From a virus, in IMG/VR virus record IMGVR_UViG_3300032083_003901, positions 1 through 64,000 of that record: a stretch of DNA of 64,000 nt; one strand, given 5' to 3'. Both the position numbers and the translations under genes were made by a program. Below the pieces are notes generated by a model. It saw only the letters and a program-made list of their open reading frames with translations, made no database searches and had not been told where the DNA came from. Shown in pieces: positions 1-10,237 of the stretch (the first letter of the stretch is position 1; each line of letters opens with the position of its first letter).

Positions 1-375
1 GGTGATGTGACTGCAACTGCCGGCGTGACTGTCTTCGGTCAGAAGACGCTGCTCGCAGCGCAGAGTGCTTTGGATCGAGTCAATGTCCGACGTTTGCTCA
101 TCGATGTCCGACGCAGAGTCAGAGACGTTGCTAGAACGTTCTTGTTCGAGCCAAACCAGGCTTCCACAATTGCTGCCTTCCAGGCACGCGTGCAGCCCAT
201 CCTGGCTTCAGTCCAAGCGCAGGGCGGTCTCGACCGCTTCAAGGTAATCATTGATACAACTACCACCACGCAGGCAGACATTGAGAACAACACCATTCGC
301 GGTCGCATCTTCTTGCAGCCTACGAGATCGGTCGAATTCGTGTCACTTGACTTTGTCGTGAGTAACAACATCTAA
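1..375 (+). CDS. Contractile tail sheath protein, C-terminal part (5' truncated by window)
   Basis: Frame open from base 1. Sheath C-terminal motifs VFGQKTL, LDRVNVRRLL, FLFEPN, IRGRIFLQPTRSVEF. Followed by tail tube gene. Confidence 0.95.
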   Translation, partial: GDVTATAGVTVFGQKTLLAAQSALDRVNVRRLLIDVRRRVRDVARTFLFEPNQASTIAAFQARVQPILASVQAQGGLDRFKVIIDTTTTTQADIENNTIRGRIFLQPTRSVEFVSLDFVVSNNI

Positions 376-388
376 AGGAAAGAACTGC

Positions 389-395
389 ATATTTA
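389..395 (+). promoter_or_regulatory. Putative late promoter element ATATTTA upstream of tail tube
   Basis: Same heptamer recurs before structural/virion genes at 2156, 15830, 43472, 47652, 49504 and 59069. Confidence 0.6.
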
Positions 396-418
396 TATGC
401 AACAGCTAGGAGAATAAA

Positions 419-907
419 ATGGCAGAAACACTCGCAGTTACAGACATGCTACCCAATAAGTTTGAGCCCAAACGCCAGTTTCGGTGGGTTCTTGCTATTG
501 AGGGCATCGATGCATTCATCGTAAAAACAGCTTCTCGTCCTAACATTTCCATTGAAGAGGTCGAGATCCCTTACATCAACCACAAGCGTTACATTGCTGG
601 CAAGGCCTCTTTCGAGACGATGTCAGTGACGTTGCACGACCCAATCGCTCCTTCCGGCGCCCAGCAGGTTATGGAGTGGGTGCGCACGCACTTTGAGTCA
701 GTGTCTGGTCGCGCTGGCTACGCTGACTTCTACAAGCGTGACATCCAGCTCAAGATGCTCGATCCAATCGGCACGGTTGTCGAGCTCTGGGACATCAAGG
801 GCGCTTTCCTGACGGCAGCTGACTTCGGTTCGCTGGACTACGGCGCGTCTGATCCGAGTGAGATCTCAATCACGATCCGCTTCGATAACTGCGTACTTCA
901 GTACTGA
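419..907 (+). CDS. Tail tube protein (T4 gp19-like)
   Basis: 162 aa after sheath. FEPKRQFRW, TLHDPIAPSGAQQVMEW, YKRDIQLKMLDP, W-x-IKGAF motifs. AGGAG RBS. Confidence 0.93.
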   Translation: MAETLAVTDMLPNKFEPKRQFRWVLAIEGIDAFIVKTASRPNISIEEVEIPYINHKRYIAGKASFETMSVTLHDPIAPSGAQQVMEWVRTHFESVSGRAGYADFYKRDIQLKMLDPIGTVVELWDIKGAFLTAADFGSLDYGASDPSEISITIRFDNCVLQY

Positions 908-945
908 TAAAATAGCGCGCGAACACAAAAAGTAGCTGTGATTGG

Positions 946-986
946 AAGGGGACCGGTTCTTTGTAGCCGGCCCCTTTTTATTTTTT
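946..986 (+). terminator. Rho-independent terminator after tail tube gene
   Basis: Stem AAGGGGaCCGG ... CCGGCCCCTT followed by a T-rich run. Confidence 0.75.
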
Positions 987-1050
987 ACAACCTGATCGAT
1001 AATTCAAACAATGGAGTTTGAATACCTATGTGTATCGATCAGGAGAAAAT

Positions 1051-1905
1051 ATGACAGATCAAAGAGACGGCAATTCGGTTTTTACTGCGCAACAGGCGCA
1101 GCAGCAAGGCTTTTCTACCCGTAACGTCATGAAAGATGACTTTAACATGGAGGTGCCAGTTGAGTCTGTGCCGCTTCCATCCGAGGGCAAAGTCTATCCA
1201 GCTGATACCTCGTCACACAATCGTACGCACATTGACATCAAGGCAATGACTGCCAAGGAAGAGGACATTCTTACCTCTCGAGCGCTGATCAAGAAGGGCA
1301 CGGTTATTTCGGAGCTCATTAAGTCTTGCGTTGTTGACAAGTCCATCAACGTCAATAAACTAATTTCAGGTGACAGAAATGCGCTGATGACTGCCATTCG
1401 AATTACTGGCTACGGTGCCGATTACGAGGCAGAGGTTGACTGTCCCGAGTGCGATGAAAGAAGCAAGCAAGAGTTTAATCTATCAGAGCTGCCAATCCGA
1501 CGCTTGGAAATTGAGCCGGTCGCCGAAGGCGAGAATGCTTTCGAGTTTGAACTGCCTGTCTCTAAGAAGAAGGTCGTTTTCCGATTTCTGACCGGTCAAG
1601 ACGAGCAAGATATGTCGATTGCTTCCGAGCGACGTCGCAAGAAGAAGATCGGCGGCGACTATGACAATGTGGTGACTAGTCGTCTTCACCAGAGCGTCAT
1701 GTCGGTCGACGGCATCACGGACAAGAATAAAATCGCCCAGTTCATCCGCAACATGCCGGCTCGTGACAGTCGCATGCTTAGAAAGTACATGGACGACAAC
1801 GAGCCCGGTGTCGACATGAAACTGTGGATGAACTGCCCACACTGCTTCGAAGAGTCGGAGGTGAACCTGCCAATCGGCGCCAGCTTTTTTTGGCCTGACG
1901 CCTAG
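1051..1905 (+). CDS. Tail/baseplate assembly chaperone (T4 gp26-like baseplate hub assembly family)
   Basis: VPLPSEGKVY, MTAKEEDILT, GDRNALMTAIRITGYG, CPEC and CPHC motifs, FFWP end. AGGAG RBS before ATG 1051. Lies between tube and tape measure. Confidence 0.8.
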   Translation: MTDQRDGNSVFTAQQAQQQGFSTRNVMKDDFNMEVPVESVPLPSEGKVYPADTSSHNRTHIDIKAMTAKEEDILTSRALIKKGTVISELIKSCVVDKSINVNKLISGDRNALMTAIRITGYGADYEAEVDCPECDERSKQEFNLSELPIRRLEIEPVAEGENAFEFELPVSKKKVVFRFLTGQDEQDMSIASERRRKKKIGGDYDNVVTSRLHQSVMSVDGITDKNKIAQFIRNMPARDSRMLRKYMDDNEPGVDMKLWMNCPHCFEESEVNLPIGASFFWPDA

Positions 1906-2143
1906 CGACAAGGAAATATTCCTAGAGCCCACATTTCTGCTAATGTACTACATGGGTTTTACCTATCGAGAAGCCATGAGCCTGCCAATATGGCAGCGCA
2001 AGTGGTTTGTCGACAGATTTGTCCAAGAAATGGAAAGATCTAGAGGCCAGTCCAGGGCGGCCCACAGCAACGATGCCCAGACTCGCACCCTTTCAGGCAT
2101 GCACAGAGGCGACGTGCCTGCAAAAATGAGAAGATTCACCTAA
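1886..2143 (+). CDS. Second tail assembly chaperone segment (gp51/'T'-like), probably reached by frameshift from upstream gene; first ATG at 1943
   Basis: +1 frame open from 1865 to 2143, reading FFGLTPSDKEIFLEPTFLLMYYMGFTYREAMSLPIWQRKWF. T7 run at 1885-1891. No clear RBS before ATG 1943. Confidence 0.65.
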   Translation, partial: FFGLTPSDKEIFLEPTFLLMYYMGFTYREAMSLPIWQRKWFVDRFVQEMERSRGQSRAAHSNDAQTRTLSGMHRGDVPAKMRRFT

Positions 2144-2152
2144 TTTGGTTTT

Positions 2153-2163
2153 GTGATATTTAG
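2153..2163 (+). promoter_or_regulatory. Putative late promoter GTGATATTTAG upstream of tape measure
   Basis: Identical 11-mer also at 43469, 49501 and 59066, each just upstream of a gene start. Confidence 0.7.
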
Positions 2164-2168
2164 ATCAC

Positions 2169-5100
2169 ATGGCGGACCTATCCCAACAGCTGCAATTACA
2201 ACAGTCTATTAACGATGCCATCAAGGCACGCAACGACCTGTTAGCGCAACAAAACAAGCTTTTGTCGACACAGTCTGACTTGGCCAGCAAGATCACGCAG
2301 ACCGTGGGCAGCGAAAAGACTACTAGGCAAGTTCGGAGCATGTCCAACGCCATCAGGGAAAGCAACTCAGAAATTTCCAACGGCGTTGACAGGGCCAAAG
2401 AGTTAGAAGATGCTCTGAACGAAGCAGCTGAAGCAGCCGAGGATGCTAGCGGCGGTTTCTCGATGCTGGGCGGCGCCTTTGGGGCACTCAGCAGCGTCTT
2501 CAGTGGCGGACTGAGTGTACTTAAGTCTGTCGGCTCTGCTGTCCTCAGCATAGGGGCTTCGCTAGCTAAAGCTGCCTTTGCAGTTCTGTCATTCCCATTC
2601 AAGATCTTCGGTGCTCTTGTTGACATGGCTCAACAGGGAGCCGGCGGTCGACCTATAGCCGAAGCTTATGAAGAGGTCAGAGAAGTCTTTGGCGACTTAG
2701 CGACTGGCACCGGTAAAGCTGTATCTCAAACGTTCGAAAAGCTGAGAAACGGCACCCGAGAACTAGGTCAGACCGGCCTGTCAGTCAGACGAGTGTTCGG
2801 ATATGGCCGCGATGGCCTGGCTGCTCTGCTAAAAGACATCAACGAGCAGTTCGCAGCGGCCGGCGATAACATTTCACGATTGCGCAAGCAATTCCAAGAG
2901 ATGGGCGGCAACTTGGTGGGCTTTCAGCGCGGCCTAGGCATGACCAAAGAGGAGTTCGCTGAGCTAGCTAGCCTGTCTGAGATCAGAGGCAAAAGCATTG
3001 CCGACTCTTTCAAGGAGTTTGGCAGCACAGCCATCCAGACAGCCAAGCGCTTCGGCCTAGACGTTAAAGACATGGCCAAGGGCATGAAAGAGCTCAACCT
3101 GGACGTTGAGAACTTTGGCCACTTGGGCCCTAAGGCATTCGCACCGATCACTGCGTATGCCAGAAAACTAGGCCTAGAGATCAAGGACATGGCTGGTGTG
3201 ATGGCCAAGTTCAGCGGCTTTGCTGATACGACTGAAGCAGCCTCGAAATTGAACCAGGCATTCGGTCTCAACATCGACTCTATGAAATTGATGTCCGCTC
3301 AGAACCCAGCGGAAAAAATTGACATCTTGCGCAAGTCCTTCTTTGCCACCGGCAAGGATCTAAGCAAGTTCAACTACCAACAGCGCCAGTACTTGTCTTC
3401 TTTGACAGGGTTGCAGGGCCAAAGTTTGGAAGCCGCTTTTGCGCTGGACAAACAGGGCATCAGCTACGATAATATTGCCAAAGAATCTGAGAAAGCCAAC
3501 AAAAAACAGCTGACCCAAAAACAGGTCATGCGTGAACTTTCCAAGGGCATCAAGCGGTTGATCCAGACGATGTCAGGCAGCAAAGTGACTGGATTCTTCG
3601 ATTCGTTCATGAAAGGCTTCGAGACTGGCATCATGAGGTCCAAGCAGTTCAGAGGCGTGCTCAGAAACATTCGTCGCGGCTTGCACATCATGCGAAGATT
3701 TGGCATTCAGATTGGCCGGCTCTTTGTTAAAATAGCTCCTGGCGTTTCAGACATGTTGGAAGGCCTGTCAGAGTTCCTGCAGCCGTCTAAATTTAGAGCC
3801 CTGACAAGATCCCTTAAGCCTTTATTCGAAACCCTGTTTAGAACCGGCGACATCACGAAATTTGTAGAAGATGCTGCTGGCGCTCTGCAGGGCCAATTTG
3901 GCCAAGGTGGCAAAGGCTTAGCTAAAATGCTAAAGGGCATGCAAGAGTTTGGAGGCTTTGCTGTAAAAGTCATTGCTAATGCGCTTTCTGGCATTTTCGA
4001 CAAGCTTTTGACCCCAATGATGGCAAAGGTGAACGAGTTTTTCAAGGAAGTTCACGATAAAACCAAAGCTGGTGACGGTCCCTTCGAGGCTTTTTACACC
4101 ACCATTTCCGACGTCTTGGGTCGCATAGAAAAGGAAATTAGAAAATCAGCGCTGGGCAGTGCACTAATAGACATGGTGAAACCACTAACGGGCTTGTTCG
4201 ACAAAGGCGGAGCCATTGCTAATTTCGGTGCTCAGATCGAAAAAACTTTCGGGGAAGGGTCTAAGGCGCTCGAGGTCATCACCAAGATGGGAGAAAAAAT
4301 CGGTGAAGCCTTGATGAACGGGGTTAAAAACTTCCTTACATCGCCCGCCGGAATTGTAACTGTGGCCGCTCTCGTTGGGCCCTCTTTATTCAAAGCATTT
4401 CAAAGTTTTAAATTAGCCTCGGCTATGAAACAAAATACCAAGGCCCTTCAAAACATGTGCGGACAAATGAGCAATTGCACAAATACTGCTGATAGCCTAA
4501 GCGATGCCCTGGATGACGTGGCAGACGGGGGTGACGGAAAAGGAAAAAGTAAAAGAGGGAGAAAAGTGACCAGAAGGGAGGTCTACAGGGCCCAGAGAAC
4601 CAGAGGTCGCACTCGATTCCAGTCTTTCAAGTCTGCTTTCGTAACCGGCGAACAGTCCCATTTACAGAGGGGACTGAGAAGTGTGAAAGGTGTCCCTGGA
4701 AAACTAAAGGGCGGCCTTGGAAAACTAAGAGGCCTAGGCGCCAAAGGGCTGATGAAAGGCGGCGGCAAGGCACTTATGCGCGTCGGCGGCGGATTGGGCA
4801 AAGCATTGCCTGGTTTAGGCGTAGCTCTGGCTGCTGTTGAGGGCTTCCAAGAAATGGACCGGATTGCTAACGATCCAGACTGGCAGCGCATCGGCGGCGC
4901 ATCGGGCGAGAATGCAGCCGGCAACTTTGCCATGGGCATGCTGAAAGGCATGACGTTCGGGCTCGTTGACTTGCCTGGTAAGGTCGAAGCCGAGATGAAA
5001 AGAATTAAGGCGATGACGGATGCGGCTGAACAGCGGCAAGTAAACGCCATGGTAAATGAGGCTGAAGGCAAACGGTTAATCGTTGAGAGGGAGTTTAAAG

Positions 5101-6608
5101 AACTAGCGAAAAGAAACGCCAAGGGAAAATTGGGACATAAGGATCTGCTAACAGCTGGGCGCCGTTACGCTGAAATGCAGATGTATGCAAGGATGGGTGT
5201 CGATCCTGCGTTTGCTAAGGAAATGCTCAACAATGGCCAGGCCAAGAGAAAGTTCTTGGATTCGCAACAGGAAATCTTTGACATGCAGCAACAAAAAATT
5301 CTTAAAGAAACACACCAAGCCATGGAGAGCCAAGAGATACAGAGTCAGCAAAAAGACATTGCTCTACTAAATGCCAAAATAGCCGGGCTGAGAGACATTA
5401 TCCAACTCAGGGACACTCTCCAAGCCTTGCAAAAAAAGATGGGGACAACTACAATCGAAACTGTTGCGGCCAAAATTGACTCTGTCTTCAAGAGCACCTA
5501 TAAGACCATTGAAATCATAGGCGAAACTCTGCGGAAATATGATTTTGGAAAAGCATCAGGCATGGATCCCACAATGCTTAAATACGTAGTTGGTAGAATC
5601 GAGAAGGTTGCTGAGCACATATCTCCGTTAGGGGATGCAATGTCTAGTCTGGCAAAAGGCTTCAGAGATGTAATTTCTGCAGTGAGAACCCTTAAGAAGA
5701 CATTTAGAAATCTCAATCAAAAAACACTGAAAAAAGACATGGAGTATGTCGCCCAAAAGTTGGTAGACGTTCCTGGCATGATTATTGCTGGCCTATCACC
5801 ACTTTTGGGAGGCACCGTTAAAAAGAGCGATGTTCCTGCGGGAGACGCACAGGCCGTGCTTAGCATGCTGCCTAGTTGGTCCCGGGAATGGTTGGAAGCT
5901 GGAGACCTAGAGAACAAAAAGAAAACAATTGTTTCAAAACTAAGAGCAATACAGAACTTCGTCGAACCGGTTGCTAGCAGCATCGGAGGCATTAGCTCGG
6001 GCATTAAGACGCTGAAGAAAAATGTAGGCAAATTTCCAACAATTTCTGCAGCAGATTTTGCCAAGTTTCTTGGTTCAAAAGAAAAAGACGGCACTCTAAA
6101 AATTGCAATGAATGAGTTGAACAAGTTTGCACTTATGCTAACTGACGACACTTTTGGCACCATCAGCGATACTGCTACCGGCGCGAAGCTAGTTACAGTT
6201 GAAAACAATCTAGAAAGCTTGGGTGGCGTCGTGTCTGCGCTCAGCAAAGTTGGCAAGCAGGCGATGAGATCCAAGTTGTCGATAAAAGCAAACTACCTGA
6301 GGGACACAGCCATTGCTACCAAAACAGCTTTTGAAAGTTTCAATGACGCCTACACACAAGCAACCATGGTCTCCGAAGAAGAGACTACAATGGTAAGACC
6401 AATCTTCGATGGCTTGGCAAAGATAAAAGGCGGCAACGTTGTTGTCACGCACAAACACGAAAACTTAGAAATGAAAGTCGATGTCCACATCAACGCCAGA
6501 GATTTGGGTCGTACACTGCTAAAAACCGATGTGAGCACTATTGCTGGCAAGAAGCGCCACATATCAGGCCATGACGGCGCACCGTCTTTCGGGACCAGCG
6601 GATCATAA
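2169..6608 (+). CDS. Tail tape measure protein
   Basis: 1479 aa, Ala/Gly/Lys-rich, predicted helical, with hydrophobic G/A-rich segments. Canonical position after tube and chaperones. Confidence 0.88.
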   Translation: MADLSQQLQLQQSINDAIKARNDLLAQQNKLLSTQSDLASKITQTVGSEKTTRQVRSMSNAIRESNSEISNGVDRAKELEDALNEAAEAAEDASGGFSMLGGAFGALSSVFSGGLSVLKSVGSAVLSIGASLAKAAFAVLSFPFKIFGALVDMAQQGAGGRPIAEAYEEVREVFGDLATGTGKAVSQTFEKLRNGTRELGQTGLSVRRVFGYGRDGLAALLKDINEQFAAAGDNISRLRKQFQEMGGNLVGFQRGLGMTKEEFAELASLSEIRGKSIADSFKEFGSTAIQTAKRFGLDVKDMAKGMKELNLDVENFGHLGPKAFAPITAYARKLGLEIKDMAGVMAKFSGFADTTEAASKLNQAFGLNIDSMKLMSAQNPAEKIDILRKSFFATGKDLSKFNYQQRQYLSSLTGLQGQSLEAAFALDKQGISYDNIAKESEKANKKQLTQKQVMRELSKGIKRLIQTMSGSKVTGFFDSFMKGFETGIMRSKQFRGVLRNIRRGLHIMRRFGIQIGRLFVKIAPGVSDMLEGLSEFLQPSKFRALTRSLKPLFETLFRTGDITKFVEDAAGALQGQFGQGGKGLAKMLKGMQEFGGFAVKVIANALSGIFDKLLTPMMAKVNEFFKEVHDKTKAGDGPFEAFYTTISDVLGRIEKEIRKSALGSALIDMVKPLTGLFDKGGAIANFGAQIEKTFGEGSKALEVITKMGEKIGEALMNGVKNFLTSPAGIVTVAALVGPSLFKAFQSFKLASAMKQNTKALQNMCGQMSNCTNTADSLSDALDDVADGGDGKGKSKRGRKVTRREVYRAQRTRGRTRFQSFKSAFVTGEQSHLQRGLRSVKGVPGKLKGGLGKLRGLGAKGLMKGGGKALMRVGGGLGKALPGLGVALAAVEGFQEMDRIANDPDWQRIGGASGENAAGNFAMGMLKGMTFGLVDLPGKVEAEMKRIKAMTDAAEQRQVNAMVNEAEGKRLIVEREFKELAKRNAKGKLGHKDLLTAGRRYAEMQMYARMGVDPAFAKEMLNNGQAKRKFLDSQQEIFDMQQQKILKETHQAMESQEIQSQQKDIALLNAKIAGLRDIIQLRDTLQALQKKMGTTTIETVAAKIDSVFKSTYKTIEIIGETLRKYDFGKASGMDPTMLKYVVGRIEKVAEHISPLGDAMSSLAKGFRDVISAVRTLKKTFRNLNQKTLKKDMEYVAQKLVDVPGMIIAGLSPLLGGTVKKSDVPAGDAQAVLSMLPSWSREWLEAGDLENKKKTIVSKLRAIQNFVEPVASSIGGISSGIKTLKKNVGKFPTISAADFAKFLGSKEKDGTLKIAMNELNKFALMLTDDTFGTISDTATGAKLVTVENNLESLGGVVSALSKVGKQAMRSKLSIKANYLRDTAIATKTAFESFNDAYTQATMVSEEETTMVRPIFDGLAKIKGGNVVVTHKHENLEMKVDVHINARDLGRTLLKTDVSTIAGKKRHISGHDGAPSFGTSGS

Positions 6609-6613
6609 TAATC

Positions 6614-6835
6614 ATGAATAACGAAGACACAAAAAAGAGACTGCAGGCCATGTCTGCTGACAATCCAATGGCTGGCATGCTGCTGGCACTCATCGACCGC
6701 TGTGCGCCGAATATGCAAGAGCAGTTGCTCGAGCAGGCTGCACAGAGTCTAAGCGTGGCCGATGCCATGACCGATAAAATCAAGAACGACCCGGAATTTC
6801 TAAAAGAAGTGATGAGGAGACGCCAAGGTGGCTGA
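6614..6835 (+). CDS. Hypothetical protein (tail module)
   Basis: 73 aa ORF tightly packed between tape measure and next gene. Confidence 0.6.
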   Translation: MNNEDTKKRLQAMSADNPMAGMLLALIDRCAPNMQEQLLEQAAQSLSVADAMTDKIKNDPEFLKEVMRRRQGG

Positions 6836-9800
6836 AAGAGACGCAAAAACTCCAAAAGAAAAAGCCACGCTAGGCCTGTCTGGTCCCGCAATCTGGAACA
6901 AGGGCAAGCCAGCTGAGAAAGATGCGCCGGTCTCTAGCGACAGCATTGGTGTATCTGCCGATGTCAGCCCAGAGACTGTGCAGGCTGCACAAGAATACCT
7001 GATGACCGATGTCATCGGCGATGAAAACACAAATAAGCCTGAACCAGCAAATAAAGATGCAAGTTACATAGGGGCCGAAACAACTACCATTGCCGGCGCT
7101 AGCGCTTACAAGCCTCAAAATACTTCTAATGACATTGACGGCACCAGCGGTGAATACCAGACTGAAGGCGTTATTAGTTCTTTGGAAGGCTTTAGATTTG
7201 GCCAATCAACTTTGATAAGCGAGACCGGTCCTAAAACAAACAGTGATCCTTCGGCCCCAGTATTGAAGGTGCCCAAGCCTGGTGAGCCAGTTAGCGATGC
7301 ATATGCAAAATCCGCTGCTGCCGGCACTGACCCTAAAGGAGTCATCAGTTCGGTCATCGACATGCTGGAGGCCAACAACCTCTATCACCCGACGGAGAAC
7401 TCGCCTTTCTTCAAAGGTGGCAGCACCAACGAGGGCGATGCTACTCAAGGTCTGTTCACCATTCAGAGAAAACTGGGCAAGTTCGTTGCCAAAATAACAG
7501 AAGACGGCACGGTTGCAGCTGACGGCACGGCCACTGCCAGGGTCACTGCCAACGACATGAAGCTCATCAGTCAGGCTCTTCTAGTCAGGGCAACGGGCGA
7601 TTACGCCGGCTCTTTCGGCCTTTTGAGTGATGACAACGGCGACAAGGTGCTGCAGAATCCGCTCGAACAATTGGGGCTCCGAGGTGTCCGTGTCAGCAAG
7701 CTCGACATTAGATCCATGGAGCGAGGTGATGTGCCGAAAGACTTGCAGGACAAGATTCTTGCTGCGACTGGTGGAAAAGGCTTCATGCAGCTCGAATCTG
7801 GCGATGGGTCAGAGCTACCTTTCCGAGGCAACGCCGGCACACCTTACAACTCCATCTCACACGGCCAACTCAACAACTATCTGGAGCCTTTCGGTAACGG
7901 TGTGCTGTTAGACTCGGTCGGCATGCTCTACTTGGCTGTGCTGGCAATCGCTTCCATTTTGGTGACAGGCTTGGTGATCGAAGCCATTGCAGCAGCAACT
8001 GGTGAGCCAGAGTTGGACGACGTTGATGCTGACAATCCTCAAAACTTGGAGTTCGGCCGATACAGAAAAGGCACGGGCGGTGCCAAGTCTGCCATTATCG
8101 ACTTCTTGATCGAAGACTTCTTGCGCATTCCGCGAACCTCTTACGGCTTCGGCGACTCGCTAGGTTCTGGCATTGTTGCCATGATCGGCTTTCCGCCTGG
8201 CATGGGCAGAAGCGACACAGAAGCCACGTTGGCCAGTGGCCAAGGATTGGTTGAATTTGCCCTTAACTTGTTCACCTCACCGGCTTACTACGCCAACTAC
8301 ATGCGCACCATCATCATGTCAGGCCAGCAGGTGATTGGCTCCTTCGGTCAGCTGACTCAGGGTACGGCGTCTCAAGGCTTGGAAAAATTCTTCTCGTCGC
8401 TCAACAAGCTGGTCAATTCGAAAGTCTACCAGTTCTTGATGATTTCTGCCACCGTGGGCGATGCGATCCTAAAGTCGCAATTCGGCTCCGTGCCAGACGA
8501 AAAGGCTTTGTTCAATACTCGGCTCAACGAGTCGCCTGTGAGTGCTAAGGCTAAAATAGAATACGAAGGCAAAGAAGACGACAAAGGAAAAGATACAAGG
8601 AAATTAAAATACGCTAGCGTCAACAAGCTTCGTGCGATTGCCAAAGTCAGAAAAAACATTTCGAGATGGATCGACGGCGACCATAAAAACCCGCTATCGC
8701 TAAGCACATTCCCGGCATCGCAGGTGGCTGACACAAGACTTACCAATCTGGCTTCTCGACGTCAGCTTGTTGCCTCCAAAGAAAACGTGCGTCGCATGGA
8801 AGATGTCCTAGAAGCCGAGTACATGCCATTCTACTTTCACGATCTGCGCACGCACGAGATTGTATCCATGCCGGCATTTGTCACCAGTTTCGATGACTCT
8901 TACAACGCCAACTACAATGCAGTCTCTTCTTACGGCAGGCAAGACCCGGTTCGAATTTACAACGGCACTGAGCGAGCGATTAACATATCTTTCAAACTGG
9001 TTGCATTCGGTAAGTCTGATTTCGATGCCATGTGGTACACGATCAACAAGTTTGTCACCATGATGTATCCGCAATACTCCAAAGGCCTGACTCGCACCGT
9101 GAAGCAGGATGGCAAAGATGTGCAGTTCATCCAACCGTTCTCGCAAGTGCCGGCGGCATCGCCCTTGATTCGAATCAGGCTAGGCGATCTGTACAAATCC
9201 AACTATTCAAACACAGCACTGCGCAACTTGTTTGGATATTCAGCTGATTCAGAAAATTTCAAGGCAGATCAGTCGACTTCAAAAGACATCGAATCCGGAC
9301 CAAAGTTACTTGCAACTTCAATAAAGAAAGAGGTTGAAAAGCTTGATGCGATAGGAAATGACAGAGAAAAAAGAATAGAAGCTTTCAAGCAGCAGCTTTT
9401 GCATGCAAAATTTACAGAGGGAAAAGAATACGAAGTTTCTAGTCCCCCAGGCGCAAAAGTAAAAGTAAGTGGAGCTCACATTATCAGAATTGCGTCCGTC
9501 AACGGAACAGCCGAAGATAAAAAAGGAAAAGATGGTAAGCTTGATCACTTTAGGGCGATCGTAGAGTTTAGAGATCTACAAACAGGAAAAATCAAACCGG
9601 TTGACGTCTTTGTTGGCAATAAAAAAGAAACCGTGCAAAATGGTGTGCCGCCTATTTTAAAATTGAATTTGGAAGCCTTCGTATTGCCAGATGTCACATC
9701 AAAGGGCTATGGTTACAAAGGTGGCGTTAACGCAAAGGTCGAAAAAGATAACAAGTCTATAGAGGAAGCTAAGAAAAAAGCTGAAGATGGAAAGACAATA

Positions 9801-10217
9801 GCTGACAACTTCTTTTCTTCTGATAAAAACGCCATCGTGCGCTCTTTCGAATCGACCCAAGGTAAGGGCTTGGCCGGTTTCATCACCTCGCTGAGTTTCG
9901 ACTATTCAGAAAGCACTTGGTCCATAGACGAAGGCTCGCGAGCTCCCAAGTCTGTGGCAATTACCATGGCATTTGCACCGATCCACGACTTGCCTGTTGG
10001 CCTCGACAGCGACGGTCGAATGAGGGCCATGTCTCACCCAGTCGGCAACTTGGCCAAGAACAGCGCGTCGCAGACCACATTCGGCGACGTTTACGAAACG
10101 AACAATGAAGTAAATGATAACAACTACACTGGCAAAGAAGTCGGCATCGTGCCTAAGCTGGCCAAGGCTCGCACCGGTGCTAATAAGACAACCGGCGTAG
10201 GTGGCACTGACTTCTAG
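6828..10217 (+). CDS. Large baseplate / tube-initiator-like structural protein
   Basis: C-terminal half has a tube-initiator-like pattern (AFVTSFDDSYNANYN..SYGRQDPVRIYNGTERAINISFKLVA..PLIRIRLGD..GFITSLSFDY..W..PK). GTG start with GAGGAG RBS. Confidence 0.7.
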   Translation: MAERDAKTPKEKATLGLSGPAIWNKGKPAEKDAPVSSDSIGVSADVSPETVQAAQEYLMTDVIGDENTNKPEPANKDASYIGAETTTIAGASAYKPQNTSNDIDGTSGEYQTEGVISSLEGFRFGQSTLISETGPKTNSDPSAPVLKVPKPGEPVSDAYAKSAAAGTDPKGVISSVIDMLEANNLYHPTENSPFFKGGSTNEGDATQGLFTIQRKLGKFVAKITEDGTVAADGTATARVTANDMKLISQALLVRATGDYAGSFGLLSDDNGDKVLQNPLEQLGLRGVRVSKLDIRSMERGDVPKDLQDKILAATGGKGFMQLESGDGSELPFRGNAGTPYNSISHGQLNNYLEPFGNGVLLDSVGMLYLAVLAIASILVTGLVIEAIAAATGEPELDDVDADNPQNLEFGRYRKGTGGAKSAIIDFLIEDFLRIPRTSYGFGDSLGSGIVAMIGFPPGMGRSDTEATLASGQGLVEFALNLFTSPAYYANYMRTIIMSGQQVIGSFGQLTQGTASQGLEKFFSSLNKLVNSKVYQFLMISATVGDAILKSQFGSVPDEKALFNTRLNESPVSAKAKIEYEGKEDDKGKDTRKLKYASVNKLRAIAKVRKNISRWIDGDHKNPLSLSTFPASQVADTRLTNLASRRQLVASKENVRRMEDVLEAEYMPFYFHDLRTHEIVSMPAFVTSFDDSYNANYNAVSSYGRQDPVRIYNGTERAINISFKLVAFGKSDFDAMWYTINKFVTMMYPQYSKGLTRTVKQDGKDVQFIQPFSQVPAASPLIRIRLGDLYKSNYSNTALRNLFGYSADSENFKADQSTSKDIESGPKLLATSIKKEVEKLDAIGNDREKRIEAFKQQLLHAKFTEGKEYEVSSPPGAKVKVSGAHIIRIASVNGTAEDKKGKDGKLDHFRAIVEFRDLQTGKIKPVDVFVGNKKETVQNGVPPILKLNLEAFVLPDVTSKGYGYKGGVNAKVEKDNKSIEEAKKKAEDGKTIADNFFSSDKNAIVRSFESTQGKGLAGFITSLSFDYSESTWSIDEGSRAPKSVAITMAFAPIHDLPVGLDSDGRMRAMSHPVGNLAKNSASQTTFGDVYETNNEVNDNNYTGKEVGIVPKLAKARTGANKTTGVGGTDF

Positions 10218-10237
10218 ACCAAAGTCGAGAATTACAG

